Virus record (IMG/VR): IMGVR_UViG_3300021178_000001
Coordinates: 50,256-114,255 of that record
Direction: 5' to 3' (one strand)
DNA: 64,000 nt
From: a virus
Shown: positions 18,241 through 28,117 of the stretch, piece by piece
Layout of the letters: the number at the start of each line of letters is the position of its first letter
Position numbering within the stretch: position 1 is the stretch's first letter
Notes under the pieces: model-generated
The model's database searches: none
What the model was told of the DNA's origin: nothing
Seen by the model: the letters and a program-made list of their open reading frames with translations, nothing else
Program-made: the position numbers and the translations under genes

Positions 18241-20205
18241 ATGCAATTTAACCGGCTAGTTAAGCCGCAATGGGCACAACCGACTTTAGCAAACGGTGAG
18301 CCCAATCCTAAATTCTTAGCAGCCGTCGACGGACCCAACACCTTCGAGGGTTGCTTTACTCCAGAGTTCTTGACTGAACAAAACGAGAAGGGATATAACA
18401 TATATTTCTTCCCGAATCATCCGTCAACAAACGTGTATGATACTGGAGTCAAACATCTTAACGGCCGCAACATCGACGTCTTCAACTTCGTGTTCGTCGA
18501 CATGGACCTCAAGGACAAAGTCTACGCTAGCAAGGAAGAATTTTTAATACAACTGGATAAGTTTCCGCTCAAACCCACGATGGTCGTTGATTCTGGCAAC
18601 GGCATCCACGCTTACTGGCGCGTGACTGACTTAACTAGAAGCTTGTATGTAATTACCCAGATCGCACTTCTAACACACTTTAAAACCGATGAGTCGGTTT
18701 GGACCGTCTTGCAATTGATGCGAGTGCCGCAGTATCTAAACACTAAGAGACACAACGACTATGTTCCAGCTTTGATTCTGGAAGACAGGTCCAGTGGCGA
18801 AGCTTACACGATTTCTCAGTTTCCTAAAGAACTCTACGAACTCGACGAAAAACTAGTAGTAAAAGCTCAGAACCACATCAACCGCCTCGAAGGAAAACTA
18901 GAGATCGACTTTGGACAAGAAGTCAACGTAGACGAGTTGCCGGACGAGTTCGTCCAGTTGATGCTGGACAACTCAGAGATAGCTAGACTCTTTAGAGATC
19001 CTAAGTCTTTTGGGGACCGATCCAGCGCCGACATGAAGCTGGCCAACCAAATGTTCACGAAGGGACTGAACGTTAGAGTCGCCTTAGCTGTTTTATCAAA
19101 CACTCAGAAGGCTCTCGAAAAAGGAGCTCATAGAAAAGACTATGCAGCCTTGACGGTCTTTAAGGTCTACTCAGACCGTCCCAAACACAAGTTTCAGACC
19201 GTAACAGAGTACGTTCGGGACTCGCGCGACAAGATTAATGAACCACAGATCTTTGGTCCTTACTACGCCGACTACGAAGTTTTGGGCGAACCGTGGCGTC
19301 GCAAAGAGTTATTGGGGGTAATAGCAGGACCGGGCATCGGTAAAACTGCTTTCGCGCTCAACATCATTAGAGACGTGATTCAGAACAATCCGCACAACGA
19401 CGATCTGTACATATTCTTTTCGCTAGAGATGTCCAAGGGTCAAGTTATACGTCGATGGTTGAAACTAGTGGGCGAAAATTCTATTTTGGCTGATCGGCTG
19501 TACGTTATCGACACGACAGACGAGAAGGGGCTTCCAGTCTCGATCGGACTGCAAGAGATCTACGAGTACTGCTCTGAGATCAAGCAAGTCACTGGTAAGC
19601 GCATCGGTGCCTTTGTGGTAGATCATTTCCACATTATCAGCTCGCACATCAACATCCACAAGAAGCCGAATTTTGGGATCAAGAGTGAACAAAACACTGG
19701 GTACGGCGACGTACAGAACTTGAGCGCTAACGGACTGGCAACTCAACTTAAGTCGTTGGTGAAAGCGCTTGACTCGTTCGGAATAATTCTTACCCAGACT
19801 ACTAAGGAAAAAGGTGCCGGAGACTTGCCCATAGGTAAAGACGGTGCGTACGGCGTGTCACAGTACGAGTGGATCATGGATCGAATCTTAACTATATGGC
19901 AACCGTTGATGCGTGTCCAAAACTTGTGCAAGAACAACTTCTTGGCGTTTCAGTACGCTAAGATTCGCGAGAAACACCCGGCCGACAAGATCAAAGAGTA
20001 CGACCCAAAGTTGTTGACTTACGACATGGCATCTGGTAACCTAAGAATAACTTCGACGGACGAGTACACTGAGTTCTCCGACTTGTTGCCGAAAGCCAAT
20101 GAAGCCCGCGAAATGGTAACCAAGAAGAAGCCCGGAGCTTACTCCATTCAACTTGACTTAGGCAGCATAGACGCTGCACTTAACAAACTGAGGGTCAGCA
20201 GATGA
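18241..20205 (+). CDS. Primase-helicase (AEP/RepB-type primase plus SF4 helicase)
   Basis: FVDMD and SGNGIHAYW primase motifs; GPGIGKT, FSLEM, VVDH helicase motifs. Confidence 0.88.
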   Translation: MQFNRLVKPQWAQPTLANGEPNPKFLAAVDGPNTFEGCFTPEFLTEQNEKGYNIYFFPNHPSTNVYDTGVKHLNGRNIDVFNFVFVDMDLKDKVYASKEEFLIQLDKFPLKPTMVVDSGNGIHAYWRVTDLTRSLYVITQIALLTHFKTDESVWTVLQLMRVPQYLNTKRHNDYVPALILEDRSSGEAYTISQFPKELYELDEKLVVKAQNHINRLEGKLEIDFGQEVNVDELPDEFVQLMLDNSEIARLFRDPKSFGDRSSADMKLANQMFTKGLNVRVALAVLSNTQKALEKGAHRKDYAALTVFKVYSDRPKHKFQTVTEYVRDSRDKINEPQIFGPYYADYEVLGEPWRRKELLGVIAGPGIGKTAFALNIIRDVIQNNPHNDDLYIFFSLEMSKGQVIRRWLKLVGENSILADRLYVIDTTDEKGLPVSIGLQEIYEYCSEIKQVTGKRIGAFVVDHFHIISSHINIHKKPNFGIKSEQNTGYGDVQNLSANGLATQLKSLVKALDSFGIILTQTTKEKGAGDLPIGKDGAYGVSQYEWIMDRILTIWQPLMRVQNLCKNNFLAFQYAKIREKHPADKIKEYDPKLLTYDMASGNLRITSTDEYTEFSDLLPKANEAREMVTKKKPGAYSIQLDLGSIDAALNKLRVSR

Positions 20206-22937
20206 ACGAGAAGTACAATTTAGTTGACACTCCCGACAAACTTCGCGAACTAGATGACCTCCTAATGGACGGAGACGCCCCTCGTTACAAACTCTTGGCG
20301 TACGACACTGAGACCAACGGACTAGCTTTATATAAAACTACGGTTATAGGATTCTCAGTGTCTTTCGACAAGCACCGAGGATTCTACGTTCCTTTACTTC
20401 GTTGGGTTCCAGACGAAGGTACTCGACGCGACCGCTCAGTCGACAAAGTAAAGTACTCGGCGTGCATGGAAGGCAAACTCCAGTGCGTCTGGACCGGCGA
20501 GTTTTTCGACGAGTTTGTGACTCCAGAAAAGTACAATCTGCGAGAGCGTTTTCCAGCTATACCGTTCTTGATCGAGCGGTGGTTTGGACACACTAACTTG
20601 ATAATGCACAACGCACCCTTCGACGTCAACCACACTTTCATAAACACTGGCGTAGACTTGAAGAACCAAGTGTTCGTCGACACCGCGTTGTTGCTCCACG
20701 TGTTGGACGAGAATAGTCCCGCCGCTTTGAAAAAAGCCGCGGAGAGATACAGAGTAGAGCTCGGTATTGACCCGTTCCGCGCCGCCGCCATTGAGAAGAA
20801 CGAACTCGACGACTGCATCATCAAGAACGGCGGGTGGGGTGGAGAAGTTTGGCGTGCGTCCATGGAGTTTCAATACAAGTACGCTTGCGCCGATACTTTT
20901 CTAACTTATGGAATCTATGAAGCCGCCATCAAAGAGTTCGACGATCGTTTCGGCGATCGTGGACTCGCTTGGTTCTTTCAGCAAGAAGTGATGCCAGTTT
21001 GCAAAGAAGTAGTGATCGACATGAAGCGTCGCGGCGTGCACGTAGACGTTCCGTACTTCAAGAAACTGTACGAAGAGAACGCGATTAAGATAGATGCACT
21101 CGAAGACGCTATAATGCAAGACTTAGCGCCCCATCTTAGCGACTTCGACTTGGGCAAGTCAATAGACGAGGCGGTCTCGAGTCAGCGATTGATCAAGAGA
21201 ATCATACAGATGGAAGGTCTGTCACTCCCAAAGAAGACAGACAAAAAGACCGGCGAGGTCAAAGAGTCGCTGGCTAAAGCAGAAGTAAAGCGAGTCTTCG
21301 AGCAGGCTCCTCATTGGATCTGGGGTTACATCTTGGGAGAAGACGAGTTAAAGTACTCGGAACAAAAGATCGCCGACATAAAGAAACAGTTGTACGTCGA
21401 GGAAGAAGGTCGCCGGTACCGATTCAACATCGGCTCCCGCGACCACTTAATGTGGTTGTTTTGCACTAAGTTGGGTACCAGTAAGACTAAGTTGCCGCAA
21501 ACTGAGTCAGCCACTAAGGATCACCCGATCCCTAGCATGGACGCAGACACTCTCAAAGAGTTCATGCTTCCTAAGTTTTCTTGGGTTGCCAAGATTTTGA
21601 CTTACAAGAAGTTGCAGAAACTTCAGACTACATACATCAAACCGGCGTTGGAACTCAACATAAACGGTTGGCTTTACATGGACATGAAGCAAAATGGAAC
21701 TACTTCGGGTCGGTTCAGCTGTGCTGGCGGTTACAATCTCCAGACTCTCCCCCGCGTAGACGACGAGATGGAAATACTGCAGTCTTGTGACAAGTGCTTC
21801 TCAGACGACGTGAAGATAGTTCAAGACTTGGAATGCATCGCGGACAGACACTGCAACAAGTGTAACCACACTTTAACTGACATTCCTAGACCCTCAGCCA
21901 TTAAGAAAGGGTTCATAGCTCCTCCGGGCTACAAGATTATTAACGCCGACTATAGTTCACTAGAACCCAGGTGCTTTGCGTTCGTGTCTGGAGAAGAGAA
22001 AATTAAGGAAGTGTATCGTAAGGGACTTGACTTATATTCTAAAGTTTACTGTGACATCTTCGACAAAGAGAAGCAGTACTCTGCAGATCCTGAAGCTCCA
22101 AACTTTCTTAAGAAAGTGGCTAAGGCTAAGAGAACTTGGGTAAAGCCTATCGTATTAGGCATACCTTACGGTGCCGAAGACGATCAGGTTGCAAATTTAA
22201 TTGACGCAAAAGTACCTAAGAAGAATTGGGCTGGAGTTCCAGTAGTAGACGACGATGGCAATCCTGTTATGGTGGCCGATCATAAAGAAGGTAAGCGAGT
22301 CCGTGACATGTACTTGGCTGCATATCCAAGTCTGAATAAGTATATGGATGATCAAGACGATAAGGCAGTTTTGCAAGGTTATGTTGAATCTTTAGTAGGA
22401 CGCCGTCGTCATTTGCCATTTGCAAAGAAGATAGGCGATATACTTTCAGCCAATGACATTGATTGGCGTGACCTCACGCAAGCGCCCATATGGGATTTGC
22501 GCAAAGGCATGAACATAAGTTACACTAGTTTTCGAGGTGCTCGAATCACACTGACCGAGACAATGATTCGACAAATTCAGGAAGCCGTAAAGTTTAAAGA
22601 AGAGTCGATGCGCGAGAAAGGCTACTGGGCTTATATCAGAGCTCTATTGCGATCAGATCTTAACAATGCTAAGAATAACCCAATTCAAGCGCTCGCTGGT
22701 TCCATAACAAACAGGGGCATGCTAGATACGAATCGTTTTTTTAATTTAAGAGCGTCTGGAGCATGGGTGGCTTTGCAAATTCATGACGAAATTACATGTT
22801 ACGCTCCCATAGGAGTAGCAGAGTCCGCATCTTCCTGTCTACAAGAAGGTATGGAAGACAATATTGTGTGCAAAATGTTAGATATTGCTATGATAGCTGA
22901 ACCTGTTATTTGTGAGAATCTAAAAGATGCAAAATAG
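20202..22937 (+). CDS. polA: Family A DNA polymerase with 3'-5' exonuclease
   Basis: YDTET, HNAPFD, YACAD exonuclease motifs; TTSGRFS, ADYSSLEPR, KPIVLGIPYG, NNPIQ, QIHDE. Confidence 0.95.
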   Translation: MNEKYNLVDTPDKLRELDDLLMDGDAPRYKLLAYDTETNGLALYKTTVIGFSVSFDKHRGFYVPLLRWVPDEGTRRDRSVDKVKYSACMEGKLQCVWTGEFFDEFVTPEKYNLRERFPAIPFLIERWFGHTNLIMHNAPFDVNHTFINTGVDLKNQVFVDTALLLHVLDENSPAALKKAAERYRVELGIDPFRAAAIEKNELDDCIIKNGGWGGEVWRASMEFQYKYACADTFLTYGIYEAAIKEFDDRFGDRGLAWFFQQEVMPVCKEVVIDMKRRGVHVDVPYFKKLYEENAIKIDALEDAIMQDLAPHLSDFDLGKSIDEAVSSQRLIKRIIQMEGLSLPKKTDKKTGEVKESLAKAEVKRVFEQAPHWIWGYILGEDELKYSEQKIADIKKQLYVEEEGRRYRFNIGSRDHLMWLFCTKLGTSKTKLPQTESATKDHPIPSMDADTLKEFMLPKFSWVAKILTYKKLQKLQTTYIKPALELNINGWLYMDMKQNGTTSGRFSCAGGYNLQTLPRVDDEMEILQSCDKCFSDDVKIVQDLECIADRHCNKCNHTLTDIPRPSAIKKGFIAPPGYKIINADYSSLEPRCFAFVSGEEKIKEVYRKGLDLYSKVYCDIFDKEKQYSADPEAPNFLKKVAKAKRTWVKPIVLGIPYGAEDDQVANLIDAKVPKKNWAGVPVVDDDGNPVMVADHKEGKRVRDMYLAAYPSLNKYMDDQDDKAVLQGYVESLVGRRRHLPFAKKIGDILSANDIDWRDLTQAPIWDLRKGMNISYTSFRGARITLTETMIRQIQEAVKFKEESMREKGYWAYIRALLRSDLNNAKNNPIQALAGSITNRGMLDTNRFFNLRASGAWVALQIHDEITCYAPIGVAESASSCLQEGMEDNIVCKMLDIAMIAEPVICENLKDAK

Positions 22938-23556
22938 TTTTTATGTTTACAAGCACATTCGCAAAGACACTGATCATGTTTTTTATGTTGGAAAAGGGAC
23001 AAAGAACAGAGCGTGGTCGAAAATGAAAAGAAACCGTAGATGGGAATTTATATCTAATTTTGGGTACACAGTTGATATCATCCAAGACAATTTATCTGAA
23101 ACAGATTCTTTCAAGCTCGAAATTGAGACTATAGCTTTTTATAAAAACCAGGGTCAGTGTGAAGCTAATTTTGCCATTGGAGGTATCGGAGGCAACACTT
23201 TTGTTAATAAAACAATCGAAGAACTAGAATTGTTTAAAGTAAAGATGTCAAAGATAACGTCTTCTAGACCTGTGAAATGTCTGCGACCACTTAAAGGTCC
23301 AGAACATCCTATGTGGGGAAAAAGTAATCCTTATAGTGGGCACACCGTTGAAGGTTTAGAAAAACTCAGACAATCTAAACTTGGTAATAAAAATCCAATG
23401 TACAACAAGTCTGGAGAGTTGCATCCTCGATTTGCAGGTTGGTGGATAACACCTGCTGGAAGATTTGCTAGTTTAAAAGAAGCAGAAATAGCAAATAATT
23501 CGCGCAGCGTGAAGCACAGATGCAAGAGAAGCAAGTCAACTAAATTTAAAGAATGA
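22927..23556 (+). CDS. GIY-YIG homing endonuclease with NUMOD3-like repeats
   Basis: YVYKH...FYVGKG...R; G..N/HPM repeats. Confidence 0.8.
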   Translation: MQNSFYVYKHIRKDTDHVFYVGKGTKNRAWSKMKRNRRWEFISNFGYTVDIIQDNLSETDSFKLEIETIAFYKNQGQCEANFAIGGIGGNTFVNKTIEELELFKVKMSKITSSRPVKCLRPLKGPEHPMWGKSNPYSGHTVEGLEKLRQSKLGNKNPMYNKSGELHPRFAGWWITPAGRFASLKEAEIANNSRSVKHRCKRSKSTKFKE

Positions 23557-23576
23557 TCCTTTGAGAGGAAGTTAAA

Positions 23577-24236
23577 ATGAATAAGTTAGGCATAATTGCA
23601 TTTTGTGGTTCTAAGTTTTCTGGTAAGTCGACGTCGGCGACGCTGTTCAGAGACCTAATCGGTGCACCGACGGAAGAGATAGCCATCGCCGGACACTTGA
23701 AGGAAGCTTGCGCACGGGTGTTCGGCGTCGACTACAACAAGTTCATAGACCCCAACCTCAAGGAAGTAGAGTTAGACGAGTACGCGCTGCTGACTTCCGA
23801 CAACTTGAAGGCACTCATGAAAGAGTTCGACGTGACCGACTACAAGTTCGACAAGCACATTCGACTCCACATGGGAAGGATACTGCGCACGCCTAGGACT
23901 CTGCTTCAGTATATCGGCACTGAAGTTCTTCACCCGATCGACCCGCTGATCCACGCCAAGAAGGCTTTGAGGAAGAAAGATCCGGCTAAGTTGACCGTAA
24001 TAACGGACCTTCGGTTCGTGGCGGAGTTCGAGTACTTCAAGCAACTAGAGAACTTTATGCCAGTGTATGTGAAGAACACGTCTGCGGAGACTGCGGCCAG
24101 CGTAGACGGGCACGCTTCGGAGAGACAGTACGAGCAGTTTAAAGGAAAGTGTTATTTGTTAGACAACGATGATAGGGTGGTAGTAGCTTTAAAAGCTTCG
24201 TTGAACCGCCTTGTTTTGGAGATGTACCATGACTAA
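23577..24236 (+). CDS. Deoxynucleoside monophosphate kinase
   Basis: GSKFSGKST, TPRTLLQYIGTE, ITDLRF..E, HASE. Confidence 0.88.
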   Translation: MNKLGIIAFCGSKFSGKSTSATLFRDLIGAPTEEIAIAGHLKEACARVFGVDYNKFIDPNLKEVELDEYALLTSDNLKALMKEFDVTDYKFDKHIRLHMGRILRTPRTLLQYIGTEVLHPIDPLIHAKKALRKKDPAKLTVITDLRFVAEFEYFKQLENFMPVYVKNTSAETAASVDGHASERQYEQFKGKCYLLDNDDRVVVALKASLNRLVLEMYHD

Positions 24237-25182
24237 ATTAAAACTCATCACTCTGAGCGTAGCGCTAGTAGCTTCACTTTACTTCGGAGACCGCGCCGTA
24301 GCGTACATTCGGGGAGTGACGTCTGAGAACGCTAGGCTTCACACTGACCTCATAGGACAAACCGAGAAATATCAGCAGTTGTCTGACCACGCGGCTAAAC
24401 TCGAGATTCAGTACTCTGACGCCGCCAAGATGAAGCGAGAGTTAGAGAGTAAGTTTGCGGCGGAGAAAGACGCGCTGCAAGGTCGAATCGAAGTGTTGTC
24501 CAACGCTACTTTTTTGATCCGAGAAGCCGCGCGCAAAGAGAGTAAGTCTGACGTAGTTTACCAGGGCGACAAGTTAAAGTACGTCTTGAACGAAGTGCGG
24601 TTCGGCAACGACGGACCTCCAGTAGGATACGTCTTGATCTTCGACGACGGTCGCGTCGTGTCCAAACTGTACAATCACGAAATTCAAGTGAACACGGCTA
24701 TTTCTCGAGACGAGACTTCCGGTAGATACAGCATAGTGTCCAAGGCAGACTACATCCTCAAGTCGCCGTCTCTGAACACCGGCGGTAAAGTTTGGCACAA
24801 CGAGCCTTATCCGCTAGACATTTCCGGCGGCATAGCGTACGTAGACCCGACGGAAAAGAACCAGCTTGCCAAGCGATTTCAGTTGTGGGCGCCTCACATC
24901 AACGGCGGCGTGAGCGGCGGAGCCAGCGTGGCTGGGGGATTCCTGAGACCGTCTCTAGACGTGAGTCTAGCCGGATACGGGGAGACTAAAAATGACCTAG
25001 ACTGGAAGTTCGTGCACGTCGGCCTCGACACTGATTCCAAGTTGAGTGATCCAGGAGTACATGTGTTGCCGTTCAGCTATCGTTTCTGGCCGTCTGTACT
25101 GTCAAACACTTATATAGGTCCCGGAATCGGATTCACCAAAGACGGCGTCAACGGACAGCTCAACTTGAACTTGACATTTTAA
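24229..25182 (+). CDS. Envelope protein: N-terminal hydrophobic segment, coiled coil, C-terminal beta strands ending in Phe
   Basis: GGAG RBS; ends ...GVNGQLNLNLTF*. Confidence 0.55.
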   Translation: MTKLKLITLSVALVASLYFGDRAVAYIRGVTSENARLHTDLIGQTEKYQQLSDHAAKLEIQYSDAAKMKRELESKFAAEKDALQGRIEVLSNATFLIREAARKESKSDVVYQGDKLKYVLNEVRFGNDGPPVGYVLIFDDGRVVSKLYNHEIQVNTAISRDETSGRYSIVSKADYILKSPSLNTGGKVWHNEPYPLDISGGIAYVDPTEKNQLAKRFQLWAPHINGGVSGGASVAGGFLRPSLDVSLAGYGETKNDLDWKFVHVGLDTDSKLSDPGVHVLPFSYRFWPSVLSNTYIGPGIGFTKDGVNGQLNLNLTF

Positions 25183-25221
25183 AGAGTGTACTTGGCGGTA
25201 AGTTAGAGGTACGATACTAGT

Positions 25222-25602
25222 ATGAATCGCGAAGAAATCGAAGGTTTAGTAGAGAGAGGCATCGAAGAGATAGCGATCAACGCGCAGTCTCTGGCAGACG
25301 CAAAACCGCGAGCTGGTCGCATGCTGACACGCGTCGCAGTTCTGACCAACTACTTGCGATATCTCGAGGAAGAACTGCCAAAGTTGCAGACACTCGTGAA
25401 CGCTCAGTACGCACTGGCTATTCAACAAGCTGGCGGTAAGAACATCACGGAGAAGAAGGTCGAAGCGGAAGCTTCTCAGTGTTATTCTGATGCGGTAGAG
25501 AAGAAAGCCGTTCTCGACGCCCAGCGTGACTGGGTGAAGAACTATGTCAAGATTTTTGACAATGCACATATCATGTACAGACAGTATAGTCGTGATGAGT
25601 AA
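25222..25602 (+). CDS. UvsY-like recombination mediator
   Basis: Small helical protein (ITEKKVEAE) directly upstream of recA. Confidence 0.5.
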   Translation: MNREEIEGLVERGIEEIAINAQSLADAKPRAGRMLTRVAVLTNYLRYLEEELPKLQTLVNAQYALAIQQAGGKNITEKKVEAEASQCYSDAVEKKAVLDAQRDWVKNYVKIFDNAHIMYRQYSRDE

Positions 25603-25611
25603 GGAGATTTT

Positions 25612-26493
25612 ATGAGCAAATTTGACTTAACTAAAACTATTTCTAAGATTCAAAATTCCCTTAAGGCAGATGAGCGTAGGTCGAGCCAAATAGGCTTGGG
25701 ATCTTCTTTAGAATCTATGTCTACAGATCCCGCAGATTATATAGTTATGCCTGACTGGTGGCATAAAAGTTTTGGTATTATGGGTCTTCGTTTTGGTCAC
25801 TTTGTTCAAATTGCAGGAACTCCGGATTCTGGAAAAACTTCGCTATCACTCTGTGCCATTAAACGTGCACAAGATCAAGGGTTTGGAGTTATTTATGTAG
25901 AAACAGAAGGCAAAACTTCTGAGGAAGATCTAGTTGCTGCGGGCGTCGATCCTAATGGAGTGATCACTATTAGATCTAAAATTGTGGAAGAAGCATTTGA
26001 TGCAGCAAATCTAGCTATAGATGCTTTTTTTGATGATTTTCCTGACGCTAAATTATTATTTGTATTTGATTCTTATGGCAATACTATATCTATGCGCGAC
26101 TCTGAACTTAAGTTAGTAGATAAGTCTAGCATGGTCGGTGGTGCCGCAAAAACAAATCGCATGGGCATTGGTGCCATTGCAGCAAAGCAAATAAATCATC
26201 CTATTGCTTGCTTAATTGTGAATTACACATATTCAAATATGGGATCTCCTGGTAGAACGTGTGCAGGAGGCGAAGCTTTGAATTTTCATTGTATGTTGAC
26301 AATTCAGTCGTCGCGCAAAGGTTGGTATGAGCGAACAGTTGGTGGAGAGAAAGTTCGTGCTGGAGCAGAAGTTTTATGGCGTTCGTATAAGAATCATTAC
26401 TCAAAAAGTTTAAAAGATGCAGAAGGAAATCAAGTACTTCTACCCAAAGAAGTTACGTTGAGAATTAGTGCTGATGGATTTGAGTTACTCTAA
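25612..26493 (+). CDS. recA: RecA/UvsX-like recombinase
   Basis: GTPDSGKT, YVETE, FVFDS, GGEALNF, KNH motifs. Confidence 0.88.
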   Translation: MSKFDLTKTISKIQNSLKADERRSSQIGLGSSLESMSTDPADYIVMPDWWHKSFGIMGLRFGHFVQIAGTPDSGKTSLSLCAIKRAQDQGFGVIYVETEGKTSEEDLVAAGVDPNGVITIRSKIVEEAFDAANLAIDAFFDDFPDAKLLFVFDSYGNTISMRDSELKLVDKSSMVGGAAKTNRMGIGAIAAKQINHPIACLIVNYTYSNMGSPGRTCAGGEALNFHCMLTIQSSRKGWYERTVGGEKVRAGAEVLWRSYKNHYSKSLKDAEGNQVLLPKEVTLRISADGFELL

Positions 26494-27158
26494 TGAAAGC
26501 ATGCACTAGATGTAAAATGCTTAAAAGTAAGCATGAATTCGCAATTGAAAAACGTACGAATAAATTAACACCGGCATGTCGAGACTGCGAACGCCAACGT
26601 AGTCGCTTGAAATATCATAAATATAAGCTTGCTTATTTAGCAACATCAAGACGCTACAAAGAAAATAATAAAGAGCAGATTGCAAGCACATGTGCTAATT
26701 GGTATTTAGCCAATAAAGACTACGTAGATGCTAGAAACAGACTTTATGATCAAAATCATAAAATTCAAAAAGTAGAGAACTGTAGAGTTTACTCTAAAGA
26801 ACGTCGTAGAACTGATCTAAATTATAGACTAACAAAAGTTCTTCGATCTAGATTACGCTTAGCATTGAGAAATATCCAAAAGAGTGGTTCTGCTATATCA
26901 GATCTAGGGTGTTCAATAGATGAGTTAAAACAGTATATTGAGAAGCAATTTCATAATAATCCAATAACTAGCGAAAATATGTCATGGGATAACAGAGGTC
27001 CGATGAAGCCTAATTATTGGCAAATAGATCATATTCGTCCGCTAGTTTCTTTTGATCTCTCAGATCGAGAACAACTTAAAATTGCTGTACATTTTTCTAA
27101 CCTGCAACCATTATGGTTTGAGGATCATCTTCCTAAATCACAGTTGGAACGACGATGA
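26493..27158 (+). CDS. HNH homing endonuclease (paralogue family A)
   Basis: CxxC/CxxC N-terminus; DLGCSIDELK, WQIDHIRPL, NLQPLW. Confidence 0.85.
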   Translation: MKACTRCKMLKSKHEFAIEKRTNKLTPACRDCERQRSRLKYHKYKLAYLATSRRYKENNKEQIASTCANWYLANKDYVDARNRLYDQNHKIQKVENCRVYSKERRRTDLNYRLTKVLRSRLRLALRNIQKSGSAISDLGCSIDELKQYIEKQFHNNPITSENMSWDNRGPMKPNYWQIDHIRPLVSFDLSDREQLKIAVHFSNLQPLWFEDHLPKSQLERR

Positions 27159-28117
27159 GTCGCTATACTGTCATCGGGGACCCTCACCTGACCCACAAGT
27201 CTCTCGACCGCGCCGCTCAACTCTTTGATCTAGTAGAAGAAATTGGACTATCCACCGTGTGGCTCGGCGATTTTCTCGATACAAAAGAGGTGGTTAGAGC
27301 TAAATGCTTGAACGCACTCGTCGAATATCTATCGCGCTCTAAATTGAAACACATCGTTTTGGTCGGAAATCACGACTGGTTTAACCACGATTGTCAAGAA
27401 CATTCTCTCGAAGCATTGAAGCTCCTCCAAAACGTAAAAGTAATTGACGCACCAGAAGTGATCGACAACATGCTCTTCGTTCCGTACATCCATGATCAGG
27501 TCAAGTTGATCAAAGTACTAACCCGATTTCAAGGTCTCGTCTCGACACTTTTCGTTCACCTCGAAGTCACTCAGTTTGATTTCGGCAACGGTCACGTCTG
27601 TACGACTGGTATCCCACTAGAAGCTCTGAAGGGTTTTAAGCGCGTGATCTCTGGTCACTTCCACAAATTCCAACAGTCTGGTAACTTGACTTATCTCGGG
27701 ACTCCGTTCTCTCACTCGTTCGGCGAGACGAATCAGACTAAATTCATCGGGATGTACGACACGGAGACCAACGAGTTCAAACTGGCGGAGACACCGTTTC
27801 CGCAGCACATAACTATAGAGTTTGACTGTGACGTGCTCACCGATGTAGACGTGAACGACGGACCGATGGGAACAGAGCATTTCTACCGTTTCATTTTAAA
27901 AGGTTCTCAGGCTAATATAGATAGATTCCCCAAACACCACTACGAGAAATTAAACATCAAGTGGATCTCTCGTCCCACGGACGACTCGTCTATCGTTACC
28001 TCAATCGACGAGACCGCTTCTAACGAAGCTCAGTTTTCTAAGTGGGCTATCGAGATCCGCAAAATGGACGAAGAGACCGTAAAGTTGGGCATGGAAATTA
28101 TGGAGGCTTGCCGATGA
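27155..28117 (+). CDS. Mre11/SbcD-like nuclease
   Basis: GDPH, LGDFLD, GNHD, SGHFH, YLGTP...FGE. Confidence 0.9.
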   Translation: MSRYTVIGDPHLTHKSLDRAAQLFDLVEEIGLSTVWLGDFLDTKEVVRAKCLNALVEYLSRSKLKHIVLVGNHDWFNHDCQEHSLEALKLLQNVKVIDAPEVIDNMLFVPYIHDQVKLIKVLTRFQGLVSTLFVHLEVTQFDFGNGHVCTTGIPLEALKGFKRVISGHFHKFQQSGNLTYLGTPFSHSFGETNQTKFIGMYDTETNEFKLAETPFPQHITIEFDCDVLTDVDVNDGPMGTEHFYRFILKGSQANIDRFPKHHYEKLNIKWISRPTDDSSIVTSIDETASNEAQFSKWAIEIRKMDEETVKLGMEIMEACR

